Shown here: piece after piece, positions 20,683-30,519 of the stretch
Numbering within the stretch: the stretch's first letter is position 1
Layout of the letters: every line of letters begins with the position of its first letter
Virus record (IMG/VR): IMGVR_UViG_3300009514_000515
Coordinates: 22,576-86,575 of that record
Source of the DNA: a virus
Strand: one strand, 5' to 3'
Length of the DNA: 64,000 bases
Notes under the pieces: generated by a model
The model's database searches: none
Told to the model about the DNA's origin: nothing
Seen by the model: only the letters and a program-made list of their open reading frames with translations
Program-made: the position numbers and the translations under genes

Positions 20683-21191
20683 TACTCCTCACTCCCCTCG
20701 TCTTCAGAGGCGGACTCTTCCTCCTCGGCGAACAACTCCTCGATGGCCGAGGCACTTTCTTCGGCGGTGTCGTCCTCCGTATCGTACTTCATCCAGAAGC
20801 CGAAGAGCTTGATGTTCTCGTAGAACACCGAGGCGTCAGGAGGCCGCACGAAGTACCTCTCCGTCCCGTCCTCCTTCTCTTCAACCCCGCAGCAGCACAG
20901 GAGATGGTGCAGGGCGGCCATCTTGGTCTCGTCGGAGAACGTCAGCCACTCGTCGTTCCCGATCTCCAGGAGGAACACCAGCTCCCCTCGCTCCTTGGTC
21001 AGGGCCTGGATGACCGCCGACGCCTTCTTCGACTTCCCGAAGATGACCTGACCCCCGGACTTCGTCGCCTTCTCCTTGAAGAGAATGGCGATCTTGTCAT
21101 CGACAGTTGCCAAGTGAGGCAGGTGTTCCTTGATGATGTACTCCATCAACTCCCGGGTGGCTCCGGTTGCTTCCCAAATTTTCGACGACAT
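20682..21191 (-). CDS. Putative phage metallopeptidase-like protein
   Basis: Start MSSKIWE at 21191. FLLEIGNDEW...AALHHLLCC resembles the phage metallopeptidase family with a degenerate HELxH motif. Acidic tail. Confidence 0.55.
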   Translation of the reverse strand: MSSKIWEATGATRELMEYIIKEHLPHLATVDDKIAILFKEKATKSGGQVIFGKSKKASAVIQALTKERGELVFLLEIGNDEWLTFSDETKMAALHHLLCCCGVEEKEDGTERYFVRPPDASVFYENIKLFGFWMKYDTEDDTAEESASAIEELFAEEEESASEDEGSEE

Positions 21192-21870
21192 TGCGCCCTC
21201 CAATAGCGTGAGCAAATGCTTCGAGGAGGACCTCTCGTCCTCCTCGCTCCCAAATTTCGCCGGGGTCCTTGCCTCCGATATAGGCAACCTCCCGACACCC
21301 GATAGGTACGTCAAGTAGGTCCTTGATGGCCCTACTTGACCCGGAACGGCCAGCCTCGTCGTTATCGTAGACGACGTAGACGAATCTGGAAAACCGGCGA
21401 AGGAACTGGAGGTGACTGAATCCGAGACGGGCTCTTCCAGTGGCCAGGACGACCTCGGAGTGGGGAACCACCCACTCCATCGCGAAGAGATCGAAAAGAC
21501 CCTCGACCAACCAGACAACTCCGTGGACCCAAATCTGTTCGACCCCCTTCGCCGCCCCCAGAAACACGGGGTTCCACCGAGATTCCGGAAGGCGGAACTC
21601 GGTCTTCCAGTCACCCCGACGACCGATGAGCCCCAGAACGCGACCCTGGGGACACAGAAGCGGCGCTACGAGACACCCGTCCAATTTCTGGCCCCGAGAC
21701 CCGTATCTCTTCCGGAACTCCTTAGAGGGCGCGTCGCTTGGTGCTGTATCCCATGTCGTGAGCTGCATCCTCTGAAAAGAGTCGAACCTGGCTCCCCGGG
21801 CCAAAAGCATCTCCTCATGGTCGGGAGACAGCTCGCACGAGCCCAGAACACCACTCAACCATTCCCTCAT
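21097..21870 (-). CDS. Toprim-domain DNA primase-like protein (no N-terminal Zn finger)
   Basis: VWLVEGLFD, VYDNDEAG and KDPGE. Start MREWL at 21870. Confidence 0.8.
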   Translation of the reverse strand: MREWLSGVLGSCELSPDHEEMLLARGARFDSFQRMQLTTWDTAPSDAPSKEFRKRYGSRGQKLDGCLVAPLLCPQGRVLGLIGRRGDWKTEFRLPESRWNPVFLGAAKGVEQIWVHGVVWLVEGLFDLFAMEWVVPHSEVVLATGRARLGFSHLQFLRRFSRFVYVVYDNDEAGRSGSSRAIKDLLDVPIGCREVAYIGGKDPGEIWERGGREVLLEAFAHAIGGRNVVENLGSNRSHPGVDGVHHQGTPASLGNCR

Positions 21871-22475
21871 GTCTCCTTGCCCTTCCTGCTCTTCTTCTTG
21901 AGTGAGCGGGGCGGTGTCTTGCGTGCCACCGAGATTCCTCGGACAGCGTTCTGGACAACGGCGAACATCCCCGAACTCCCGGCCAGGGTCACCATGCCCA
22001 CGAAGGATCTCTCCTTGGGCAGAGCAACGGCCGTGTACTCCGGAACCCACTCGGCGCCAACGACGGGGTAGTCACCGATGGTACCCCGCTTGAGATACCT
22101 CTTCCCCGAAAGGGGAGACACCAGAAGCTCGATGTCGCGAAGGCCAAAACTGGAGACGTAGTCTCCCGCCGCCTCCATCCCCTTGAGGGTGAACGGATGG
22201 GTGTTCCCGTACTCCAGCTCATGACCACGCTCAACGATGGCATCGATAACCAGGCAGAAAAAGGCCGCCAGGTCCTGGCCTGGCCTGACCCCTGCCCGTA
22301 CGGTCCCGTTCCCCAGGGGGCGTTCGTACCAATAGAGGGGGGTTTTTAGCGACACGTTGGTCGTCAGGATGGCATCGAGACGAGGGTCTACAGGAACGAC
22401 GACCGCGAGTGCTTGGGCACCCTCGCGGACGAACTTGGGGTCTCGGTACACAGACAGGAGCGGGTTGTCCATCAT
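21867..22475 (-). CDS. Hypothetical protein
   Basis: Overlapping start/stop with both neighbours. Confidence 0.65.
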   Translation of the reverse strand: MMDNPLLSVYRDPKFVREGAQALAVVVPVDPRLDAILTTNVSLKTPLYWYERPLGNGTVRAGVRPGQDLAAFFCLVIDAIVERGHELEYGNTHPFTLKGMEAAGDYVSSFGLRDIELLVSPLSGKRYLKRGTIGDYPVVGAEWVPEYTAVALPKERSFVGMVTLAGSSGMFAVVQNAVRGISVARKTPPRSLKKKSRKGKET

Positions 22476-23206
22476 TCCTCCGTCGCCTCTCGGCGCCAGA
22501 ACATGAACCAGACCAGCACGCGACGCCACCAAGGTAGGGCGTAGTGAGCCAAGGAGTAGTTCGTCTCCACGATGATCCCACTCTCTTGGGGGTCCCCTAC
22601 CTCTCCACCGCTAGAAGTAGAAGCCGATACAGAATCGGACTGGCCACCTTCAACACCCAGATCAGAAACTGGAACAACATCGTCTACCTCGTCTTCGGGG
22701 ACTTCTGACCCCTCGTCTTCGTCATCGTCCTCCCCGTCACCTTCGACCTCTCCGGGTTCCTTCGGGGAGGCCTCCTCGTCAACAGAGGCCACAGCCTCCG
22801 AGGCGACGGGACCATCGTACAAGACCCAAAGCAGAGAGCCGACGTCGGGGTACTCGGCCACCAAAGGACCCATCTCCCCGTCCCTGGCTCTATTTAGGAG
22901 GTCCTGCATATGGAGGACGAACTGGCCTTTTGCCTCATCCTTGGTCAATCGGGACTCCAAATGAGGACACCCCTTCGCTGTCGAGAGACACTCCGGCATA
23001 TCATCGTCGCAGACAACGACGGACCACTTCACTCCCTCCGGCGGAGTGAACCGACACACCCCGACCTCCTTTCCGGAGACCGAGGCGACCCTGTCGTTGT
23101 GCTTGCATCGGCAAGGAACACGACGGAAGTTATCCTTGAGGACCTTACTCTGGTGTCTCCAGATGACCTGCTGAAGCTTGCGTCGGACCTTGCCTTCGCT
23201 CTTCAT
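22472..23206 (-). CDS. Hypothetical protein (Cys-rich N-terminus, acidic middle, hydrophobic tail)
   Basis: 244 aa, coupled to its neighbours. Confidence 0.65.
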   Translation of the reverse strand: MKSEGKVRRKLQQVIWRHQSKVLKDNFRRVPCRCKHNDRVASVSGKEVGVCRFTPPEGVKWSVVVCDDDMPECLSTAKGCPHLESRLTKDEAKGQFVLHMQDLLNRARDGEMGPLVAEYPDVGSLLWVLYDGPVASEAVASVDEEASPKEPGEVEGDGEDDDEDEGSEVPEDEVDDVVPVSDLGVEGGQSDSVSASTSSGGEVGDPQESGIIVETNYSLAHYALPWWRRVLVWFMFWRREATEE

Positions 23207-23868
23207 CTCTGAACCTCGTTCTCCAGGGTGAACTTCGCCGTGTCCTTCCTGGCTTGACGAACCCGGTACGACCTGTGAGACGCGTCCACGAACGTCTGGT
23301 TGTGTGTGATAATGAGGATATCCAAACCCAAACGATCACACAAAGCCACCAGGAACCGGCCCATGTTTGTAGCGTAGCGAGGGTCGAACGCCGGCAAGGC
23401 CTCGTCGAGGAGAAGGAACCTCCTCATATCACGCTTCGCCAGGATAAGCACTCGCAAGAGTACCGACTCGACCGTGGTCACAGAGCCGCCGAACGCCTCG
23501 CGACTGATTCCCTTCTGGACAGCACCGTCCGAGAGGGTCTTAGTCGTCACCAAATCAACTGCGACCTTGCCGCGCTCGACGGCGACCCGCGTCTCAACAG
23601 ACAACTCCTGGTCGTCAAACACCGCCTTGAGGGCCTCGGATTGGAGCCCCTCAAGGGTGGTCACGGCATCCTTGATTTCGGCGTCGATGAGACTCCGGAA
23701 CAGGGCACTGACGTGCTCCAGGACGGACTCCTCGTCACGAAGCTCCTCGACCTCTTTGTCCACTCGGCGAAGACTGGCCCGGAGCGCAGAGCGGCGTCCC
23801 TGGGCCCTACTGAAGTGGGTCTTGAGGGAGTCCAGGTCCGGGAGTTCTGGTAGAAGGGACATCATCAT
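23203..23868 (-). CDS. SbcC/Rad50-like ATPase, C-terminal half
   Basis: Coiled coil, then signature-like FGGS, Walker B LLLDE plus D-loop PAFD and H-loop IITH. No Walker A. Confidence 0.8.
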   Translation of the reverse strand: MMMSLLPELPDLDSLKTHFSRAQGRRSALRASLRRVDKEVEELRDEESVLEHVSALFRSLIDAEIKDAVTTLEGLQSEALKAVFDDQELSVETRVAVERGKVAVDLVTTKTLSDGAVQKGISREAFGGSVTTVESVLLRVLILAKRDMRRFLLLDEALPAFDPRYATNMGRFLVALCDRLGLDILIITHNQTFVDASHRSYRVRQARKDTAKFTLENEVQR

Positions 23869-25019
23869 CCCGCCTTGGCCGATACCCAGGACAGGACGGT
23901 GAGCCGTTTGCTATCCCCGATCTCCTCGCAGAAGGAGACCCACCCTCCCTTGTTCTGGGAGGAGACACCCATGACCACCCTGTCGCCAGAATACTGGCTC
24001 ACGATCTTGGTGAGATACTCGTAGTTGAGGGTGAACCCCTTGTCTGGGAGGGTGCCTTCGGCGGTGTTCTCTTCCAGCTCCAGAAGAGGGACTGAAAGGG
24101 ACACCGTATCCCCGGTGGCCGACACCAGGCTCATCTCGATGAAGGACCCTTCGACGCGATAGGTCGACCTCCTCCAGTTGTCCTCGTAGTTGGCACTGCT
24201 CGACAGAATGTCCAGGGCGGTTAGCATCTCGGACTTGTCGAACGTCCACTTCTGGTGAGCGTTCGAGAAGGCTGACGCCACTCGACCCATCTTGGGGAAG
24301 TCCTTGCCCTGACGCTCACTGCCGAATAGACGGCCGTCGGGGGACCGGAGGAAAAAACCCCGACTGTGCTCGTAAATTTCGACTTCGCACCCGACCACGT
24401 CGAGAAATTTACAGGACTTACCGATCTCACGTCCGGGGACTCGGAGGCTGGACTCCTCCATGCCGGGAACGGTGACGCGGACGCAGGACGCCCCGTCGGT
24501 TGCGAGAAGCGCTCCGCCCCGGAACTGGCAGTTGCAGAGGTGGGGCTCCATCGTCTCGTTCTTCGAGACGAAGTGCTTGGCGTACCCAAGGGCGGCGGCC
24601 AGGTCGGATGACTGAATCTTGGCCGTCGTCTTGGCCTCCTCCAGGGTCTTGTCCCAGAAGGGGAAGGAGGTCGGGTCCTTCGATCGGAACTTGACCGACC
24701 CGCGAGGGCTCGTGGCCTTGACTACACCCCGGTGGTGTTCGAACACTAGGGCCGAGTCATCGACGGCCCCCACCCATCGACGCAGGCGCTTCGACTCAAT
24801 GGTGAACTGGTTATGCCGATTGTCGTCATCCAGGCCTTCGACACGACAAATCATCGGAGATCCCGAGAAGAAGCTCTCGTTGTAGCTCAGGACCTCGATC
24901 TCTCCGTCGACGTGACGAAAGATGAAGTCGGCGTTGATGTTGTCGCCGCTGGCCGCGACGGTGTTGCTTGTAATTGCGAGAGCTGACTCCAAGTCGCTCT
25001 TTGCCACTGTGACCTTCAT
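23865..25019 (-). CDS. dnaN: DNA polymerase III beta sliding clamp
   Basis: 384 aa, three-domain size. MKVTVAKSDLESAL, LLATDG, KDFP and LNYEYL resemble DnaN. Confidence 0.8.
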   Translation of the reverse strand: MKVTVAKSDLESALAITSNTVAASGDNINADFIFRHVDGEIEVLSYNESFFSGSPMICRVEGLDDDNRHNQFTIESKRLRRWVGAVDDSALVFEHHRGVVKATSPRGSVKFRSKDPTSFPFWDKTLEEAKTTAKIQSSDLAAALGYAKHFVSKNETMEPHLCNCQFRGGALLATDGASCVRVTVPGMEESSLRVPGREIGKSCKFLDVVGCEVEIYEHSRGFFLRSPDGRLFGSERQGKDFPKMGRVASAFSNAHQKWTFDKSEMLTALDILSSSANYEDNWRRSTYRVEGSFIEMSLVSATGDTVSLSVPLLELEENTAEGTLPDKGFTLNYEYLTKIVSQYSGDRVVMGVSSQNKGGWVSFCEEIGDSKRLTVLSWVSAKAG

Positions 25020-25303
25020 GTGTCTCCTTCGATGAAAGGGGCCAATTCGGCCTCCACTGCCTCAACCTCTGCGACGGCGGCCTCGACCTTCTCTCGGTAC
25101 GCCTTGTGAAGTTTAGCCAGGAACCCGTCGATGTTGTCGGGGTCGATGTTCTTCTCCCGGCACTTCTCGCGGAGCTGCTGCATGTTCTTGCGAGACTGCT
25201 CCAGAGCCCCAGTCTTGCGGTTCTTGATTGCCTGAAGCTCCTCGCGACGCTTGGCTGCCGCGTGAAGTCGGTCGTGTAAAGAACTATGTGCTGACGCTGC
25301 CAT
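25016..25303 (-). CDS. Small coiled-coil hypothetical protein
   Basis: 95 aa, AGAGGA upstream of ATG. Confidence 0.65.
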   Translation of the reverse strand: MAASAHSSLHDRLHAAAKRREELQAIKNRKTGALEQSRKNMQQLREKCREKNIDPDNIDGFLAKLHKAYREKVEAAVAEVEAVEAELAPFIEGDT

Positions 25304-25333
25304 TCCTCTACCTCATACTGTCGGTCGGCGGAC

Positions 25334-26335
25334 CTACTTGAACCCGATGGTCTTGAATTCCCCACCCTCGATGTCCAGGGCAGGGTCCACCTTCTTACTC
25401 TTCGGTCTCCTCTTACGTCGATTGATCTCTTTCTGGGCCTGACGTTGGGGACAATTGTCCTCCCAATCACAGAGCTTGCACATCGGAGGTGACGGTCTGG
25501 CCTCGAATTCCTGGCGGTCGATGCCGCGGCGGGCGTCGACCGCTCGCTGGGCCAGACCCCGGACATCTTTCTTGTCGTACTCGACCCACTCAACCCCTTG
25601 TTCGATCTCATCGGTGTCCGACCCTAGTCGCGTCCCGTAAGGGAACCGGTAGTAGACGAACCCCAGGCGGTCGGGAAGGACGCCATGGGACAGGTAGAGC
25701 AGAAGCGCGTACCAACGGAGCTGGTCAGGGCTGCTATAACGACCCTTGTACTTGCTGTTCTTGCCGTCGATGATAGTGATGCCCGTGGCGGGGCGTCCGG
25801 GCTTCTCGTCCCGACGAAGGATGACGTCCGCGACACCTCCCACCGGGGTCTTGTCATCGACAAACCCCAGAAGACGGAACTCAGCTCGGACCCATTCTCC
25901 TAAAAGGTGGTGGGCCCGCATGGTCTTGAGATAGCCCAGGACGCCCTTGACGCAGGTCTCCAGCAGGTCACCAGGAGCAGGAGACTTGCGCCAGTCGATG
26001 AACGTGTCCTCGTCCGAAGTCTCCCGGTCAAACACCTTATTGGTCATATCCTTGAGCGTATTGGCCAGGTCTCGGGCATTCATCTCCCCTCGCTTGATGG
26101 CCTTCCACATCTCATTGTTGTAGAAAGCCTCGATGACCTCCTGGATGACCGTCCCCATGATCATGTGGTGCTCTGAGCGCCGCTCTGGGAGGGGCTTTGG
26201 ACGTCCTACTCCACCTCCCTGATCGACCCCAGGGATGCCGTATTTGAAGGCAAACTTCTGGGGACAGTCCTCGTACATGCTGAGAGAGGACCAGTAGAGG
26301 GCTTTGATCTTCTTCTTCGGTCTGGCCATGGTCAC
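25334..26335 (-). CDS. PD-(D/E)XK exonuclease (RecB/AddB/Cas4-like, probable Fe-S)
   Basis: WSSLSMYEDCP, GTVIQE, GVADV, IIDGK, QLRWY and C-terminal CKLCDWEDNC. Confidence 0.85.
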   Translation of the reverse strand: MTMARPKKKIKALYWSSLSMYEDCPQKFAFKYGIPGVDQGGGVGRPKPLPERRSEHHMIMGTVIQEVIEAFYNNEMWKAIKRGEMNARDLANTLKDMTNKVFDRETSDEDTFIDWRKSPAPGDLLETCVKGVLGYLKTMRAHHLLGEWVRAEFRLLGFVDDKTPVGGVADVILRRDEKPGRPATGITIIDGKNSKYKGRYSSPDQLRWYALLLYLSHGVLPDRLGFVYYRFPYGTRLGSDTDEIEQGVEWVEYDKKDVRGLAQRAVDARRGIDRQEFEARPSPPMCKLCDWEDNCPQRQAQKEINRRKRRPKSKKVDPALDIEGGEFKTIGFK

Positions 26336-27306
26336 ACCGCCATCTCAAGGTAGCAGAGAGCCTTCTCCTTCACCGTCTGTGGAACTCCTGGCAACCCACG
26401 GACCTGGTCTTCAAGGGGGACCTTGACACTACCGTCCAGACCACTCTCCATCCGTCGGACAAAGTCCTCGATGACCACGGAGCGCGCTTCCTGGCGTACC
26501 CGTCCTGCGATGTCAAACACCTCGTCCGACGGTTCCACGTCCAGGTCAAATCGAACGTATCGAACGCGGTCCTCGTCGAATGTGAGGACCACCGCTGCGG
26601 GAGAGCGGTCTATATGGTCCTCCGAGATCGAACCCCGGGTGAGACTGCCCACGTTCACCACGAACTTGGTCTCTCCCTTCGAGGACACCAGTTCCGTGAC
26701 GCCCTGGTCCTTGTGCCAGTGCCCGAACATGAAAACATCAGCATCAAGGTCGGCCAGGTCACCGTGGCCGACGATGTCTTCTCCCTCGAACATGCTACCC
26801 CCGGCCTCGCTGGCCAGGACGTGGGCAACCACGACGAGGTAGTCCTCGTCGCCCTTGACGACTTTGAACCTCTCCATGTCGTAGGAGGTCCCGTGGTAGG
26901 GAACACCCACCACCCGGACCTTGACTCCGCCCTTCTCGAACACGGCCTCGTGTTCGTCGTAGAGACGACGGAACACCCCCGCCTCAAACAGGACGCCCAA
27001 GGGCTGTTGAGGGAGCTTGGTGTAGTCTCCGTAGACACAATCGTGATTGCCGACGCAGGCGTAGACGGGGCAGGGATAGCTCTCATGGGCCTCGATGACT
27101 CGACGGACGAGGTGGTGCGTATTACGGCTCGGGGACTTCACATGAAAGAAGTCCCCTCCGTCGAGGACGGCATCAGCCTGGACACGTCGAGCGATATTCT
27201 CGACCTGGCGTAGCTTGCCGAACACCGTCTCTGCCCAGTCGTCCAGACGGGACTGGGGCGCTCTGTCGGCCAGGTGAACGTCAGTCCTCCACACCAAATT
27301 TATCAT
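26332..27306 (-). CDS. SbcD/Mre11-like metallophosphoesterase
   Basis: TDVH, GGDFF, GNHD, AH and GHWH motifs. Start at 27306. Confidence 0.88.
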   Translation of the reverse strand: MINLVWRTDVHLADRAPQSRLDDWAETVFGKLRQVENIARRVQADAVLDGGDFFHVKSPSRNTHHLVRRVIEAHESYPCPVYACVGNHDCVYGDYTKLPQQPLGVLFEAGVFRRLYDEHEAVFEKGGVKVRVVGVPYHGTSYDMERFKVVKGDEDYLVVVAHVLASEAGGSMFEGEDIVGHGDLADLDADVFMFGHWHKDQGVTELVSSKGETKFVVNVGSLTRGSISEDHIDRSPAAVVLTFDEDRVRYVRFDLDVEPSDEVFDIAGRVRQEARSVVIEDFVRRMESGLDGSVKVPLEDQVRGLPGVPQTVKEKALCYLEMAV

Positions 27307-28553
27307 CCCAAAACCCTCGCTTCGTGCCGGGGAACGGACCCACACACGGGACACTCCTCCAACCCTTCCAGTTCGTTCCCGATGAACTCGGTCAACCCCT
27401 CAATCTTCTGGTCCAACCCTTCGATCTCAGACTCTAGGAAAATCACCTGGCCGGTGACCTTTATTAGTTCCTTGGCCAAACGAGCGACAACTTCGTGAGC
27501 CCTCTCGGCCTTGCGGGCTATCCTCTCATGATGGTCGTCACTGAGGTCGACCCCCTCGAATGCCTCCAAGGCCTCCTCATGGGAGAGAACCTCGTCTCGG
27601 AGGCTCTCAACCTCGGCGAAAATGGACTCCCCTTCCTGAACCTGTCCCCAGAGTGCAGTCGCTTCGGCGAGAGACGAGATGGAGAGATCCACCTCGTCGA
27701 CGCCGGACAATCTCTCGGCAACCCCCTTCTCATGATCGAACTGAGACTTGAGACGCTCAACAGAGCGAATCTCGGCCGCAACGTCAAGGGCATCCTGTAT
27801 ATTGGCGTCGGAGGGCATAACGACCGCCTCAACGCCCGATAGGTCAGCAATGATTTCGGCCTCCCGGTCGAGCTGGACCTGGATGCGTTCCAGCTCAGAG
27901 ACACCACGGCGAATCCGTCTCGCCTTCTTGACCGTGGGACCCAGAGAGTCCATTCGAGTCTGAATGTCATCCAGAGCCTTGTAAGGCACCAACTCCTCAG
28001 CGAAGCGGGTTTGGTCCTTCAGCCGGACCTTCAGGGTGGAGTGGACCGATCTCAGGTCCTTCTCTGACGCCTTCAGGGCCTTGTTGATCCGGCCGACACG
28101 TTCGACGTCGGCAATGGCCTCAGCCAGGACGGACCCCGGCATATCTGGGGCCAGGAGGAACATGGTGTCCACGAACTGACGAGAGATTTGGGGCCACAAA
28201 GTGCGTGAGGCCGCCATGATAGGGTGAACCCCCAGGACGTCGACAACCTCCGGGGGGACTCCTTTGCCCACGTTCTCCATCCACTTGCCGCCGTTGACCT
28301 GATAGCGGTTGATCTTTTTGCCCTTCTCCCAGGTCACCGTCGAGTCGTCGTCGAAGCGCATCTCGACATGGGAGAACTCGGCTCCGTGGCGGACGAAGTC
28401 ATGTCCTGGAGCGTTGCAACACAATCCCCGAACGGCCCGGAAAAACGCCGACTTGCCGATATTGTTCCCTCCGGTGATAGAGGTCAGTCCGTCGACAACA
28501 AGGGTGGCGTCCTCGATGGACTGGAAGTTCTGAACGTGGATGGTGATGGGCAT
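27303..28553 (-). CDS. SbcC/Rad50-like ATPase, N-terminal half ending in the zinc hook
   Basis: IHVQNFQSI, Walker A GGNNIGKS, coiled coil, terminal CPVCG. Confidence 0.85.
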   Translation of the reverse strand: MPITIHVQNFQSIEDATLVVDGLTSITGGNNIGKSAFFRAVRGLCCNAPGHDFVRHGAEFSHVEMRFDDDSTVTWEKGKKINRYQVNGGKWMENVGKGVPPEVVDVLGVHPIMAASRTLWPQISRQFVDTMFLLAPDMPGSVLAEAIADVERVGRINKALKASEKDLRSVHSTLKVRLKDQTRFAEELVPYKALDDIQTRMDSLGPTVKKARRIRRGVSELERIQVQLDREAEIIADLSGVEAVVMPSDANIQDALDVAAEIRSVERLKSQFDHEKGVAERLSGVDEVDLSISSLAEATALWGQVQEGESIFAEVESLRDEVLSHEEALEAFEGVDLSDDHHERIARKAERAHEVVARLAKELIKVTGQVIFLESEIEGLDQKIEGLTEFIGNELEGLEECPVCGSVPRHEARVLG

Positions 28554-29866
28554 CAGTCGTCCTTGACCTGATTCTGGCCGTCGAGGATTTGAGCATCGAT
28601 GTCGGCTGCGGAGAGGGAGGGCCCCTTGTACGCCATCCCCTCAGCGAGGAACATGTCCGCCCCGTCTCCCGTGGACATAAGGCGACGAGCATGAGCCAAC
28701 ATCTCCTCGCGACCTCCGGGGAGGTCGTTGATACCTTCAAGGAACTTGCCCAAGCCTTGTTTCCTGAACTCCTCTCCGTTCTGGCGAATCCAGGTGTACC
28801 AACTCCCACCCTGCTTCACGACGCCGCGATTCTCCAAGACGGTCGAAGCCGCGAGCACGGGGTCGAACCCGATACCCCTGATTAGAGGGACCTCAACCTC
28901 TCGGTTCTGCTGCATCGACACTTTGGATTTGCGGATTTGGACCTTGACCTTGTGGCCGATGGGGGTGCTCACATTCTTGCCGAGGACGGGGTTGTAGACC
29001 GAGTTGTTGATGAGACCCCCCTTGAACACCCGCGACAGCTCGATACGCAGAGCCGCATAGAACTTCCAGGCGTTGCCTCCCTGGACGGTCTTCGACCCCA
29101 TGCCGCTTCGCGTCTGAGAGATACCGATGAGCGCGGTGTTGCCGTCCGACAAGTAGCCGCAAATCTTCGGTAGGTAGAAGCTCCAGGCCGCCGCGACAGC
29201 ACCTAGACGACCCCTCTCGCCGGCCTCGATCTCTTCGAGGGACTGGTCGGCAACAGTCTTGGGAACAGCCGCTCCCGCAGAGTCCAGAACAACAAGGTCC
29301 ACTCCGTTATCGGCAGCAGCGATGATAGCGGACACGCCCTCTTCCAGGGTCCGAGGTTGGAGAACCCCCCAGAGGTCCGGGTCGGTGACCGGAATGCCCA
29401 AGCTCTGGCAGTAGAGAAGGTCCAGGGCATGTTCGAAGTCCACGAAGAGGACACACCCACCCTGTTCAATCACGCCGGCAGCACAATGCAGCGCAAGGGT
29501 GGTCTTCCCCGAGCTGAAGTCCCCGTAGATGTTGGTTACCTTGCCCCTGGGAGGGCCAGGGCATTGGTTGAGTCCCTGGCGATTGTGTTCGCCGCCTATG
29601 ACGAACTCGAAAAGGATGTTGTTTGTGGGGACGTGAGGCTTGACTGTCCTCAAGGAACGTTCGTCACAGGGGACGAAATTTTCCGTACTGGCGTTCTTCA
29701 TTCCCCCCAGCAGCTTGCGAGTGCTCGCAAGGGCGGTGGTCTTTTTCTTGGGCTTGGGCTTCGACTTAGCCTTCGTCGCCTTCGTCGCCTTCGACTTGGT
29801 CGACTCTGTCTTCGTCGCCGCGGCTTTCGTGGCGGCCGCCTTCGTCTTCGCTTTCTTCGCTGCCAT
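28553..29866 (-). CDS. recA: RecA-like recombinase with Lys/Ala-rich N-terminal extension
   Basis: IYGDFSSGKTT, FVDFEHALD, VVLDS and GGNAWKFYAALRI. Start at 29866. Confidence 0.92.
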   Translation of the reverse strand: MAAKKAKTKAAATKAAATKTESTKSKATKATKAKSKPKPKKKTTALASTRKLLGGMKNASTENFVPCDERSLRTVKPHVPTNNILFEFVIGGEHNRQGLNQCPGPPRGKVTNIYGDFSSGKTTLALHCAAGVIEQGGCVLFVDFEHALDLLYCQSLGIPVTDPDLWGVLQPRTLEEGVSAIIAAADNGVDLVVLDSAGAAVPKTVADQSLEEIEAGERGRLGAVAAAWSFYLPKICGYLSDGNTALIGISQTRSGMGSKTVQGGNAWKFYAALRIELSRVFKGGLINNSVYNPVLGKNVSTPIGHKVKVQIRKSKVSMQQNREVEVPLIRGIGFDPVLAASTVLENRGVVKQGGSWYTWIRQNGEEFRKQGLGKFLEGINDLPGGREEMLAHARRLMSTGDGADMFLAEGMAYKGPSLSAADIDAQILDGQNQVKDD

Positions 29867-30518
29867 CTGTTGCTCCAAACTTCGACCACAGGAAGAACCT
29901 GTCGTCCTCTCTGTGGATGATGCCCGTCTTGATGACCTTCCCCTCAAACTTGCCCCTCACAGGGAGATGAATGGCGGTGAAGGTTTTGCGCTCGTATGGG
30001 GTCAGGTCCTCGATGCTCAGAGAGCCGTCGAACAACTCCCAGAATCGTCCGCCGAGAAGAGCGGCCATGTAGGCATCTGCCTCGTCCCCACTCCAGCGGG
30101 ACTTGGAGGTGTCTGTGTCGAGGGCCGCCGCCTCCCTCATGTCCTCCTTCTCCATCTTCCATCCCTGGGGGCGCTTCAGCATTCGAAAGCCGAGTGCCTT
30201 GGTCTGGTTGTTGGCGAAGAACACGACGTCCAGATGGGCGAGTAGGAGGGCCTCGCACGAGTAAAGGAAAAGACCGTAGAGGCCCTCCGACCAGAGATCG
30301 TTGAAGATGGGATACTCTATAGCCACTCGGTCAGGGCTGTACTCGGCCACCAACCCGAGGAGACACGTCCGCATGTAGATGTAGCGACTGAGGAACAGTT
30401 CGTCCGCTTTCGTACGAAATCGGCCTCGGGCAGGACATCTTGCCCGGCCCGAGGCTTCCGTATCATGCAGCGCCCACCCGAACGCAGTCAGGGATGGGTC
30501 CAGGCCGAGGACGAGCAC
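29766..30518 (-). CDS. ruvC: RuvC-like Holliday junction resolvase
   Basis: LGLDPSLTAFGWA, VAIE and DEADA. Confidence 0.8.
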   Translation of the reverse strand: MLVLGLDPSLTAFGWALHDTEASGRARCPARGRFRTKADELFLSRYIYMRTCLLGLVAEYSPDRVAIEYPIFNDLWSEGLYGLFLYSCEALLLAHLDVVFFANNQTKALGFRMLKRPQGWKMEKEDMREAAALDTDTSKSRWSGDEADAYMAALLGGRFWELFDGSLSIEDLTPYERKTFTAIHLPVRGKFEGKVIKTGIIHREDDRFFLWSKFGATDGSEESEDEGGRHESRGDEDRVDQVEGDEGDEG

Positions 30519-30519
30519 C

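Noticed and set aside
25334-26335. Cas4 as evidence of a CRISPR system
   Set aside because: Solo Cas4/AddB-like nucleases are common in phage recombination clusters, and no cas1, cas2 or array is present.
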